Source: Hyphochytrium catenoides (taxonomy: Eukaryota; Protista; Hyphochytriomycota). Taken from it: a stretch of 40,562 nt of DNA. Positions 14,563 through 25,610 of the stretch are shown one piece after another. The stretch spans positions 1-40,562 of the forward strand of contig FLMG01002852.1 of the NCBI GenBank assembly GCA_900088475.1, given 5' to 3'. The notes beneath the pieces are model-generated. The model ran no database searches, had not been told where the DNA came from, and saw only the letters and a program-made list of their open reading frames with translations. A program made the position numbers and the translations under genes. Positions within the stretch are counted from its first letter, which is position 1. The number at the start of each line of letters is the position of its first letter.

Positions 14563-17173
14563 CTATGTCTCTCTCTCTCTCTCTCTCTTTCTCTCCCCTC
14601 TCTCTCTTTCTCTCCCTCCCTCTCTACTTCATCTTTAAACGGACCCTTTGTGTACCTAAGGCGGCTATCTCTGAGTTTACAGATTAGCTAGTACCTGTGA
14701 CTCTGCCTTCGGCGCTGTATGTCCTGCGAGATGCCTATACTGACATTGTGTCTATCTCCTTAGGGGTTTGCCGAGAAACTATTCAAAAAGTTGAAATCCT
14801 CCACTGAGCGCTTTGAAGTTAAGCTTCTTCTACTTAATCTTATTAGTCGGCTCATCGGCTTCCACAAGCTCATCCTGCTCAACTTCTATCCCTTCATACA
14901 AAGGTACGCTGGGGATAGATTAGGCGGACCCTTACGTACTTCTAATAGTCTACAGACGCAGATAGGACTGAAAGACGATAGAGGATAGAGGCGGAGACAA
15001 ACTAAGCCCCTTGGCAAGCTCTCACGTACTGCCTTTGCTGGCTCCCTTGTGCGTCCCTGTCCACTGCATTGTTCCTTGCTATCATGCAGGTATCTCACCT
15101 CCCATCAGCAGCATGTCACTCAGATCTTAGCCTATCTGGTACAAGGCTGTCATGACCTTCTACCACCCGAGGAGCTGCAGCAAATTGTTCACGCCATTGC
15201 TCATAACTTTATCACGGAAAGAAATCGAGAGGAGGTCATTGCACTAGGTAGGAGACGAAAAGCGGATCGGAGCTACCTTCTTCATACTAATTGTTTCCTT
15301 TTCTGCCACGTATCACCGTCACTCCCTCTTGCTTTGTCATTTGTGCACGATTCTGGGTGTGCTATTTGGCCTTAGACTCTGCAAAATCTCTTTTATTCGA
15401 GCAACTGCTAAAGTGCTCCCCTTTAGTCATCTGATAGATCTCATTGACCTGTCGACTGGTGTATAGGTATCAACTCACTTCGAGAGATATTTGCCCGAGT
15501 TCCACTACTCCTGGAAAGTGAGAATATGGACTACCTCATCTCTGATCTCATCATGTACAGCAAGTCAAGAGATAAAGGTAAAAGGAAGGAAGAATAGTAT
15601 CCCGGAACACCGGAGAGGGCAGTCCTGGCTGTAGATCGGAGAGAGCATTAAGGCGGAAAAACAGCGAAGGAAGAGTGGGAATGGGAAACTTAGCACAAGG
15701 GAGAGACCGGGGGGAACTAGAGAATGAAGTTGTGTTAGAAGGGAAGAGACAGACGACAAAACAGACAGAGATTGGACGACTGGAAGACTATTTAGCTCCT
15801 ACTATCGCGACGCTTCTAAAATGTCCGTGTGCCTTAGGTATTATGGTCGCTGCCCGCAGTATTCTCAACTTTATCCGCGAGACATACCCCGCCATCCTCA
15901 AACCGAAGCAGAGGGGGAAGTACCATAACATAGGAGCAAAGCCTAAGGCTTTTGGAGAATTAGAGGCCAAAGAGGGAATAGAGGGTGCTGAGCTGCTCGA
16001 TGAGGCAGAAAAGAAGGGAATGTTTGACGATGAACTCAATGATGATCCATGGGCCGTGGCGTCCTCGCAAGAAGAGGAAGAAGGAAGTGATGACTCCGAT
16101 GGATGGGTGGACGTTCCCTCTGATGATGAAGGCGAAGCCATCGGGACCGATGTTGAAGAGGAAGAGGAGGAGGACGACGAGAACGAGGAGGAAGAAGAGG
16201 ACGAAGAGGAGGAAGCTATGGAAGAAGATGAACACCTCGAAAATGACGGAGCTGTCAAGAAGAAGGAGGGTGCCAAGACTAAAGCGAAGGAAGTAGAAGA
16301 GATTAATCAGCAGGAAGAGGTAAGGCTATGACTATTCTCACGTCATCCCTCGACTCAAAAAATTGGATATCTCTTCTGTCTCTCACAGTCATCCAGCGTA
16401 CCTCCTTGCTTTCTCGCTTCCTCTTCACAACACAGACTTTAGATCTGACGATGCCAGCTCTCTTCCCCCATCTTAAGAGGAGATAGAAAGACTGTTCTTT
16501 ATGCCTTGACTTCCTTTGCCGTGCCGTCGTTCACTGTGGATGCTCTACCACCGTGAAGGATTAAGGATCCTTGTGTCCACAGGGCAACCCAGTGCGCAGC
16601 CAAAGGGATCGGATTGAAGCGAGAAGAATTCTCACTCCCAAGGACTTTGAACGGATAAAGTTATTGAAGGAAGCTGCCGAGAAAGAGAAGAAAGATCCAA
16701 GGAATAGGAGAAAGAGGGCAAGGGAAGAGAAAAAGGAAGAAACTGCAGCTGAGGGCTACAAGGTAGGATTTCTCTCTCTGTCTCTCTTCCTCTCTCTTTT
16801 CCTTGGCCTCAACCTCTCTCTCTTTACTCTGCGCTCTCAAGTATGTCATCCTCGCACTACGTCTCACAGTGACTCCGTTGTATTACAGTTGGACCCGACG
16901 GACTTGGAGGGTATCAAGAAGAAGAAGAGATTGACCTTAGAGGAGCGGTTGCAATCCATCATTGCAGGAAGAGAGAAATGGCGAGGCAAGGAGAAGTCAG
17001 GCGGAACAACCAACGCAGAGAAACAGAGAAAGAAGAACTTCCTTATGGTTCGCAAGGGCAATCAGGCCGTGCAAGGCAAGCTGAAGCGTTCAGCCAAGGA
17101 TATTCAAAGACAGAAGAACAAGCAGGTCAAGAAGGTTCTTAAGAGGGAGAAGAAGAAGCGACGTACAGTGTAA
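12609..17173 (+). CDS. SDA1: Protein SDA1 (60S ribosome biogenesis/export factor), multi-exon
   Basis: ATG 12609; [24 protein letters not shown]|RHY; [15 protein letters not shown]; [15 protein letters not shown]; [11 protein letters not shown]; acidic low-complexity tract; [12 protein letters not shown]; basic C-terminus [16 protein letters not shown] ending TAA at 17173. Confidence 0.95.
14523..14625. repeat. Intronic (CT)n/(CTAT)n compound microsatellite
   Basis: Lies in the SDA1 intron following ...INDPQ. Confidence 0.9.
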
Positions 17174-17494
17174 TTGAATGGCCCTGAACTGCCGTTTAGT
17201 ACTCTTCCCCATCCTGTCTTTTCTCTTTTTCCAGTACCGCGCATACATTCTCCTATCCTACTTTGTGTCCTGAGCTTCTGACTCGTCTTCAAGGACTTGA
17301 GCATCAAATGAACACTATCACGCGCACGTGAAGCTTTATTACAAATGGGAGGAGGGATAGTGAGTGCTAGCATGTGCCACTAATTGCCATGTGTCCCTTT
17401 GCTATCTCCCATATTCTCTCCCTATCGCTTGATCCGTTACCTTCAAGCCTTCAAACAGCTTTCTCTTCGCGCTTCTTTTGACAAGCAGGCATCC

Positions 17495-18358
17495 TTAGCC
17501 CTTGAAAATAGATACAGCGACGGCATCTCTCCTCTCCTGTCCATCCGAGCATTCCATTGTCGCTTCCAACAGCTGTGTCTCATAGAGTGGGCTCGACTTG
17601 ATGTACTCGGCATAAGCTGGCGCCCCAGGCATAATAATATTATCTGCTACGACAACGGAGCCTTGACGTAGGAGCTTCTTCTCTTCAATAAGTTTTAGGT
17701 CTGGCAGATACAGATCCTTCATATGGTCTATAAAGAAGAAGTCGACGTGTTTGATTCCGTTCCGCTCTCTCACAGCATCAATGCGCTCGGAGAAGGATCC
17801 GACAATGACAGTCACCTTATCCCTCAGTCCAGCAAGCTCAACGACTTTGGTGGCTATCGCAGCATGCAGGGGATCGACCTCAAAAGAGAAGAAATGTGCT
17901 TCAGGATCATTGCGAATCCAGCGAGCGAAACGGACTGCACTGTAGCCGCAGAAGGCGCCAAGCTCCATCATCACTTTGGGATGGTGATTTTGAACCACCT
18001 CGTCCAGCAAACCGCCCTTTGCGGAGCCAACGTGCATCATGGTAGCGTGTTTATGATTAAACTCGTCCATAACTTGCACCACTGAGTCTGCGTCTCCCTC
18101 TGTTGCATGCTGGAAGACATAGTGAAGAAGTTTCTGAATATTCTCGAGTCTCTCTTGTGCGTTCATTCTTCGTCTGCGGGGAGCGGTAACTTGGCCGCTA
18201 GTTGAGTCGTTCGGGTTGTTCGATGGCTTCTGACTGCTGCTGGTGTTTCGACTGAACTGTGAGACGGAGGGAAGTTTGAGTAATGAGCAGGATTGATGGG
18301 GGAGTCTGGCCCGAGATAGGTGCAGCCAGGGCCTACGAAGCAGACTAGTCCTCATCAT
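17495..18358 (-). CDS. COMT: Catechol O-methyltransferase family protein, intronless, with putative mitochondrial presequence
   Basis: 287-aa ORF with MHVGSAKG, MELGAFCGYSAVR (SAM-binding), FIDHMKDLYLPDL and VVADNIIMPGAPAY motifs of the COMT family. The first ~50 aa are R/L/S-rich with no D/E. Confidence 0.88.
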   Translation of the reverse strand: MMRTSLLRRPWLHLSRARLPHQSCSLLKLPSVSQFSRNTSSSQKPSNNPNDSTSGQVTAPRRRRMNAQERLENIQKLLHYVFQHATEGDADSVVQVMDEFNHKHATMMHVGSAKGGLLDEVVQNHHPKVMMELGAFCGYSAVRFARWIRNDPEAHFFSFEVDPLHAAIATKVVELAGLRDKVTVIVGSFSERIDAVRERNGIKHVDFFFIDHMKDLYLPDLKLIEEKKLLRQGSVVVADNIIMPGAPAYAEYIKSSPLYETQLLEATMECSDGQERRDAVAVSIFKG

Positions 18359-20671
18359 TCTTCCTCTGGCTGACTACGAGCCACCATACTCCGCTGAGGA
18401 GAGGAGCAGATTAGTGTTGCCTTAACACCGGCTGGCCCGCAAGCTCATCAGCTCGCCTTCGAACGAAGGATCTAGCACATGGAAGAACGTTCATGTCTTA
18501 CATGCACTTCCAGCTTTGCAGCGGCGATAGCTCACTCACCGCCGTCTGCATCTTTCTCGATGGTCGTTTTGGAGATCCACACCTGCAGCAGTGCCCGTAG
18601 CTGACATCTCAACATTACTATTTTCTGACAATTTAGCGTCCAGCTCTTATATTCGTAGCGACCAGGTTATCACAAGGGTGATGAATAGCTAATATTTCGG
18701 CACAATCACCCTTGTCAACTTACTAAACTCGTAGATCCCCTATCAGATCCGGCTAGTGATAAGGTTGTGAAGCTGAGGACGGAGGAAAATCAGGTGAAAG
18801 GGAGAATCAGGCTTCCCGGCAGGCACCAAGCCTGCATCAGAACATTAGGCCTGCGCCCATCTCTGTCGCCCTGTCCATCCTACCTCTTCCTCTCCTGCAT
18901 CTCTCTAGCCTTTGCCCACCTCTCTCTCTCTCTTTCTCTAGCTCTGTCTCCTCTTCTTTCTTCTCTCTTTCTTACCCCTCTTTCTCTGCCGCTACTAGGG
19001 TTAGCTTGAGGTTTTGCAGACCGCCTATTTGGCCATTGTATTGACGGTTTGCTGCGCTCTCCTCCTCGGCCGCTATTATTGTGGCACCCTGTGCCTTACT
19101 TGCTCTTCATGCAGCTCCATGCGACAGCTTCAGTCGCCTGTGCGACAAGTGTGCGACCTTTGGGGCCATAGGGAAAACTCTTTCATCATATAGAAACTGG
19201 AGTTGGAGCTTGCTCCGTGGTAACGTTGGTCAAACAAGGCACACGCCTGGTTTCTATAACACACCATGCAGCTTGGTGAAGCTCTCGAGACGCTTAGTCC
19301 CAATGCTTTGTCCTCAGTAGAGAGTGATTGTCTGCCGGTGTAATTAAGCCGTTTTATATAACGGGGGAAAGCAGGCTACCGGTCATAAGTCATAATCCGC
19401 ACCGCAAAAGGCCTGGACAAGAGGTAACCTCCCATTAATCCCCTGCGGGAGTGGAGGACTTTGTAGGCTCCGAATAGTGATGCTGCAGCATTTACCGCAT
19501 ATAGTGTCATCACCGATGATGCCGCTGACACACATGCGGGCGCCGTAAACTCGTCACAGCAGATCGGAGGTGCATTGAAGAAACACCAAGAGTGGTACTT
19601 CTTGCCATTGCATGAAGCTTACTGCTTCAAATTGAGGACGTAGGAGGTCCTACTCCATCTGCCACAAGAGACCGTGGGTCTCTTTAAGATTTTGGTGATG
19701 GTAAGAGACTATATGCTATCTTCAGTGACCCCAAAGCGACGACACCCAGACCTGCTGTCAAGGTTCGACATTTTACGAAGCTTTACTGCGGCATCACTCA
19801 CGATACATGATGCGACAAGTGAGCCGGATGGTTTAAAGTTTGACCGAGGCCTTTGAATCAGAGGTAATTGCTATATGATGAGAGTCATGGCTGCGGGCTG
19901 ACCTCAGCGGCCACCACGCACTCATACTAGATCTTAAAAAAGCTAAGTGGAATATATGGTGCGTCCGTCCGTAACGTGGTAAAAGAGTTCACGTGGGCGG
20001 CTGGGCTGATCGCTCTTACCAAGTCCCCCCGGTAGTTGTAAGCATCAGGGAGAAGAATTGCGTTTAAGGAGCAACAGCGGACAAACGCGCAAGGATTACT
20101 CAGAGATGCAAGACGAGAGAGAGAGATGTTGGTTTTAGATCTTATGACTAACTAATAAGATGCGGCTATAGATCTGTGCCTTTATGACTCACTTGTAAGA
20201 TGTACTGCTGCGGATAATTGGTGTCTTGCTGATGATGCTCTAGTGGTACAATTTATATCAAGGGGAAAGCAGTGCTCGTGCGGAAGTGCTGTCTCATCCA
20301 CTCTCTCCGAAAAAGGTCCGTCTCAAGAGGTTTGCTCCATAGCAGCTGATAGGCCAACAACGATGATTAAGTATTTAGAGCTATAGTAGCAGAAGGGACG
20401 ACGAGGTGTAGAGGAGAGGAGAAGGGTCGGTGACGTGAGGATGACTCGGGTTGCACGTCTCTCCGTTCTCTGCTTGATGGGAGTGTAACGGATCTGCTGA
20501 GACTGTCTCCTAATTGAAAGGTTTAGATTTCAAGTCTTTCAAAGCGGAGGTCTGTTACGTTATACAAGGTCTAATTTATTCCTTCATGATAATTTCCTCG
20601 CTAGGAAATGTATCCATCAGCAAGGGCTGTTACTGTCGCTGAAGAAGTTTGGCCTGTGTGGCTGTTTCCCT

Positions 20672-20757
20672 GCCTTCCTTCTCCCTCCCCCCCCCTCTCT
20701 CTCTGGCTGTCTCTCTCTCTCTCTGTCTCCCTCTCTCTTTCTCTCTTTCTTTCTTTC
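20672..20757. repeat. CT-rich microsatellite abutting an assembly gap
   Basis: Direct reading of the sequence. Confidence 0.85.
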
Positions 20758-20848
20758 NNNNNNNNNNNNNNNNNNNNNNNNNNNNNNNNNNNNNNNNNNN
20801 NNNNNNNNNNNNNNNNNNNNNNNNNNNNNNNNNNNNNNNNNNNNNNNN
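20758..20848. other. Assembly gap (91 N)
   Basis: Run of N. Confidence 1.
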
Positions 20849-21348
20849 AAAGAGGTCGCCAGCACTCTTCTAACATCCTCGCCCTCGAGCTCGCCTCCGT
20901 TTCTTATTCTTCTACGCATATGGTCCCTCACTGTCCTTGTCCCTTCCTTGTGCTTCTCGTTCTCAAGCCAGAAAGCGGGACGCCTCTCTGGCTGTGGAAG
21001 GCTTGAAGAAGCGATAATCCTGCTAGTCGAAAGCAGCAGGCAACCGGACTGGACGAGACAGGCGCGCGCATCCTCTGTTTCATTGCCACTGTCCGAACCT
21101 CCCGTCTTAGGGTTCCTACACCGCAGAGCGAAGAAGCGGGTTCGAGAGACTGAAGCTAGGACGAGATAGAATATAGAAGTCGCATGACCTCTCCTCAAAT
21201 CGTTCTACCTGTACCGAAGAGTAATCTGACACCTACTCGTCCGGTCGAGGTGGGGCAAGAGACGCTGCCAGCTTTGTCTCCTCTGGCGTTGAAGGCCTCT
21301 AGCCGAGAAGGTTATTGAGAGTGAGAAGGGGCGATCGTCGACCTTGGT

Positions 21349-23541
21349 ATGGGTAAGACCAAGTCTCTGCCGTTGCCGGCAGGTGGTCTCCATCATGAAG
21401 ACTCAGGGGTCGGTAGCCGTTGCAGGAGCTTGAAGAAATGGTTTTCTCGAGCCAGCCCAAAGCAGCTCTTGGTCATTGGGTGTGGCGCGTTTCTTCTTGT
21501 AGGAGTCATCGTTGCCGTCGCCGTGAGCCTTGCACTATCGCTACGCAATGGACCAGGCAGCAGCAATAATGGAGGCATTGGGTTGGGCAACGGAAGTACC
21601 GGTACGGCCGATATTAACCTACCCAGAGGCTTATATCACGTCTCTACCATTGCCGGGTCAGGGGTTTTGTTCAGCGAGGTTAAAGATCTGGATGCAGACC
21701 CTGTCTCGGGCGTTGTGTACGTGGCTGACAGCGGGAACAACTGTGTGAGGAAGATCCTGCCGGATGGCTCTGTCTCCACTTTCGTGGGCGATGGCTTGGG
21801 CTCTTTTGCCGCTGGACTCTCATCCTCCGCGCTCAGTAACACTCTGAGTCTTACAGTGGAGAACACGGGTAACGTTTATATCTCTGCCGCACATCGAGTC
21901 TTGAAAATAACGGCCGAAGGCTCAGTATCACTTCTAGCTGGAAGTAGTGAAGCCGGGTATCAGGATGGCGAAGGCGCCGCGGCATCTTTCTCCAACCCCG
22001 CTGGGCTGGCTGTGGACACTGCAGGGAACATCTATGTGGCTGACATGTACAACCATCGCATTCGCAAGATAACTGGCACAGGTGTCGTCAGTACACTTGC
22101 TGGAAGTGGCTCGGCTAGTAAGGCGGACGGCACTGGGGTGTCAGCTGCGTTCCACTCTCCCTCCGGAGTCACTGTGGGCCTGGATGGGACTGTATATGTG
22201 GCGGACACAATGAACTATCGTATCTGTAAGATCTCTCCTAGTGGAGTTGTCAGTACTCTTGCTGGAGGCAGTGTAGACCAGAGCTACCGAGATGGGGACG
22301 GAGCGGCGGCTGAGTTCTACTATCCCTCTGACGTTACCCTAGATTCCAGCGGCAACATATACGTGACAGACGGCTTTGAGATTGCCTATCGCGTCCGGAA
22401 AGTCACGCCGTTGGGTGTAGTCACCACTCTAGCTGGTAGCGGTCGGGCAGAGTTTGCAGAGGGGAATGGGATAGCAGCATCCTTCAATCACTTGACCGCC
22501 ATCGCGTTTGACAGTAAAAGTAACATGCTTCTGGTGGCTGACGCGGAAAACAGACGGATACGCAAGGTCTCTCTTGCTGGAGAAGTTGGCACTTTCGCAG
22601 GTAGTGGCGTTGCAGGCTATGTGGATGGCACGGGTCTCTCCTCTGTGTTTGCTATGCCCGTGGCCACCACTGTTGATAGCAGCCACAATATTTATGTGGC
22701 TGATTTATCCCACCATCGCATTGCGAAGGTAACGCCCTCTGGGATCATCAGCACAGTGGCGGGCGGAGACGGAAACAGCAGTCTAATGGAGCCAGAGGGC
22801 GTCGCTGTGGACGCTGCCGGGGTACTCTACATTGCAGATACAGCGAATCATCGGATTAGGAAAGTTACCCCTGATGGTATTGTCAGCACATTGTTGGGCC
22901 AGAGTAAGCTGGATGATAGCTCTATTCGTACCTCCTCCTGTACCGACGAGCCTGTGGGCATCGCCGTTGACACCAACGGCACCATCTACATAGCAGACAG
23001 GGGAGCCAACCGCATCTGTGAGCTTCTACCTAGCGGTGCGGTCAACATTCTAGCAGGGGTCAGTGGCAATCCGGGGCATAGGGATGGGAAGGCTCTAGAT
23101 GCCTACTTTTGGCGCCCGCACGGTCTAGCGTTGGACAAAGCTGGTAATATCTACGTCGCGGACGCGGACAACAATTGCATTAGAGTGATAACCGCTGACA
23201 GACACAATGTTATCACACTTGCGGGGAAGTGCGTCCAAGGTTACGCAGACGGCCCCGCCTCTAGCGCAATGTTCCGCTATCCTAAGGGTATCGCCGTGGA
23301 CGCCAGTGGGATTGTCTTTGTGGCGGACTCTGGAAACAACAGGATAAGAAGAATCCTGCCAAATGGGACTGTGGACACGATTGCGGGTAGCGGGAGGTTT
23401 CTATATAAGGACGGCGAAAGCTTAGCGGCATCCTTTACTTCACCATCCGGACTTGCTTTATCGGCCGAGGGACAAATCATTGTGGCCGAAGAGTGGAGCT
23501 CGAGGATCAGAAAGCTGACCTTCGTTGCTGGTGGACCATAG
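21349..23541 (+). CDS. Type II single-pass membrane protein with 12 NHL repeats (probable double six-bladed beta-propeller), intronless
   Basis: 730-aa ORF with one hydrophobic segment at aa ~40-65, then 12 repeats of the pattern DG.G..A.F..P.G(I/L/V)AVD..GNIYVAD..N.RIRKI...G.V.T(L/I)AG. Confidence 0.92.
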   Translation: MGKTKSLPLPAGGLHHEDSGVGSRCRSLKKWFSRASPKQLLVIGCGAFLLVGVIVAVAVSLALSLRNGPGSSNNGGIGLGNGSTGTADINLPRGLYHVSTIAGSGVLFSEVKDLDADPVSGVVYVADSGNNCVRKILPDGSVSTFVGDGLGSFAAGLSSSALSNTLSLTVENTGNVYISAAHRVLKITAEGSVSLLAGSSEAGYQDGEGAAASFSNPAGLAVDTAGNIYVADMYNHRIRKITGTGVVSTLAGSGSASKADGTGVSAAFHSPSGVTVGLDGTVYVADTMNYRICKISPSGVVSTLAGGSVDQSYRDGDGAAAEFYYPSDVTLDSSGNIYVTDGFEIAYRVRKVTPLGVVTTLAGSGRAEFAEGNGIAASFNHLTAIAFDSKSNMLLVADAENRRIRKVSLAGEVGTFAGSGVAGYVDGTGLSSVFAMPVATTVDSSHNIYVADLSHHRIAKVTPSGIISTVAGGDGNSSLMEPEGVAVDAAGVLYIADTANHRIRKVTPDGIVSTLLGQSKLDDSSIRTSSCTDEPVGIAVDTNGTIYIADRGANRICELLPSGAVNILAGVSGNPGHRDGKALDAYFWRPHGLALDKAGNIYVADADNNCIRVITADRHNVITLAGKCVQGYADGPASSAMFRYPKGIAVDASGIVFVADSGNNRIRRILPNGTVDTIAGSGRFLYKDGESLAASFTSPSGLALSAEGQIIVAEEWSSRIRKLTFVAGGP

Positions 23542-25074
23542 ACAAAAGGAGGACCTGTGTTGCCTAGACCGTGTGGAGGAGTAGTGTATCCAAATAAGAG
23601 CGTAGTATAAAGATAGGAAGAAGAGTGTGACCCCTTTATCGATGGAGAGAACGTCGTCCGCTGAGAAGAGAGAAAATGAGGAGACTTGTATAAAAATGAG
23701 CGTGAAAGGAGAAGAGAGTAAGCAGACTGTGCTGGTGGGAGGCTCTTTAACGTTGTTGCCTATCTACTTGTTGCCCTCTGCCAGGAACAGTCTCAAACAA
23801 TCATCAACCTTTTGGCAGTGAAGAAGAGTGAATATAATGCCATACCATTTATATCTTGAAGGATGGTAGAAGATCTGCGTGGTCGTCGTAGCACCATTAT
23901 ATTTTTATTGCCTTCTGTAGATGATGATGATTGATGATGTCATTTTTTCCATTGACGCCATGTCTGCTTACGGTGATGCTCGCGGGTGGCTAGTACGATG
24001 TCCGATGATGATGTCTGGCTGATGCGGGTGGTTGAAGACCATAGCTGCAGCTGTAGTTCTTCGCATCATCTTATTTGTTGATGACCACTACCACGTCCCT
24101 CTTTCAGATATAACTTTATAGTAAGACCAGCCAAGCGAAGCACATTCGTGAAATGACAGGCAGCAAGTAGTATTATTAACCCACTGGCACTAAGCATCAG
24201 CGATCATAAGCTAAGAAAGGAGCAAGAATGTTCCCTGTGTGCTATATTTCCTCTACACCAAACAGCATCAACTGCGAGGAAGATTTCGCTGTGCGCGATA
24301 CGTCCTCTACTACGAGCAGGATGATCATCAAGTAGGAAACAGAGCATTCGACATCGTCAAGGGATGAAGCGGTCAACTGATCTCTCCACCGTATCCAAGG
24401 ATCCAAGGGCTTCTCGCATAATGATGCATAATGTCTGGCTGACGGTGCTGCGATAGATCATCACATATTTTTAGTTGTTGATGACTGAATGCTAGGTCCG
24501 CTCTTACAGACAGTAGTTGGATACTAAGACATCAGCTTGTAGGACTACTTCCACTATATAGCGGCAGTAGTACTATGTACTGAGAAGAGGCAGCAGCGAT
24601 GATGAGCTTGGACGAAGAAGGAGGAAGAAAAAGACCAATAAGCGATTTAAAAAAGAGAGAAACCTCTTCTACCTTAGACTGCACCCCAGGGGAAGAACAG
24701 AGCAAATTCATAATGTCAGGCATCATCACAAAGAAAGCAGAGGATTCCTTCTTCCGTACTCCATGTGGTGTCTCACCAAGAGGCCACCTTTCTATTGATT
24801 GAGGTTTATGGTTGCTGCCAATATCGGTTTCCACGATATGGACGGACGACCGACAGTGATCAAACTCTTGTTGGATAACTGAGATTTCGTAGAGATGGAG
24901 CATCTATATCCCCCCCTCTTCACACAATCTCCGCACCACCCGCAAAGAAAGAGAAGATAATAAGTCAGAAACCTTACTAGGCCACAGATAGTTGTTGTCA
25001 GAAGTCGTGAGCACTCTCTGCGAGTGATCAACCTCTGCCCCTTCATATTCGTAGGTCTAAAACAAGTATCTCTT

Positions 25075-25118
25075 AAGCTTTTTTATAAAAAGAAATCGTT
25101 TCTGGCTAGGATACATTC
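25075..25118 (-). terminator. Conserved 3' element (candidate polyadenylation signal) downstream of secreted genes A-C
   Basis: agc(t/c)ttt..tataaaa.ag..a.cgttt...gct..gg.taca recurs at 25075-25118, 28488-28531 and 32709-32750. The core tttttataaaaa is palindromic in A and C. Confidence 0.4.
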
Positions 25119-25160
25119 TATCTCGTTCCCTTGAATGGCTTCCTTCTACATGTCCTCGAC

Positions 25161-25610
25161 CTACTTTCTTAGGTTGGTCTTGCCCGTTGGAGCCTCACTG
25201 ACATCGCTTCTCTCAATGACAGCGTCAGCAGGTGCTTCAGGAGCCTCCTCCAGATCAGCGCGGCGGCCACCAGGAGGTCCATAGCCCATGGCAAAGTGAG
25301 CAGACCACTCGTACGTGTCACACTTCGCCGCACCGAAGTTGTTTCTGGCTGCGTTGGACAAGCAGAACTTACAGCGGTCAATGCCCTCGTTCGGGTTGCT
25401 CCACGCTTGGCCCCAAGTCCAGATCTGGCGGTTGCCAAAGATTCCGTTATACCATCCCCAAGTATTCTCCACGGTGTTTATGACGGCCTGCTGATCGGCC
25501 CCATATAATGTATTTGGGTTCCACTTGCTGCAGTCGGTGGAGCCTGCCTCAGCGCTGACGGCGAATGCAGCAGCTATGGCAAGAACGATGGCTGAACTGG
25601 TGGTCTTCAT
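25161..25610 (-). CDS. Small secreted Trp-rich 4-Cys prepro-protein, copy A (149 aa)
   Basis: Signal peptide MKTTSSAIVLAIAAAFAVSAEA, ~90-aa domain conserved in four copies, acidic tail. The ORF is intact while the flanks have diverged. Confidence 0.9.
   Translation of the reverse strand: MKTTSSAIVLAIAAAFAVSAEAGSTDCSKWNPNTLYGADQQAVINTVENTWGWYNGIFGNRQIWTWGQAWSNPNEGIDRCKFCLSNAARNNFGAAKCDTYEWSAHFAMGYGPPGGRRADLEEAPEAPADAVIERSDVSEAPTGKTNLRK

Noticed and set aside
15788-16276. Poly-Ser antisense ORF
   Set aside because: Antisense of the Glu/Asp-rich SDA1 exon.
25169-25508. Recurring overlapping and antisense ORFs (MSRPLVRVTLRR..., TTTVRRSVTRTSG...) in each secreted gene
   Set aside because: Shadows of the conserved coding sequence; their starts and lengths vary between copies.
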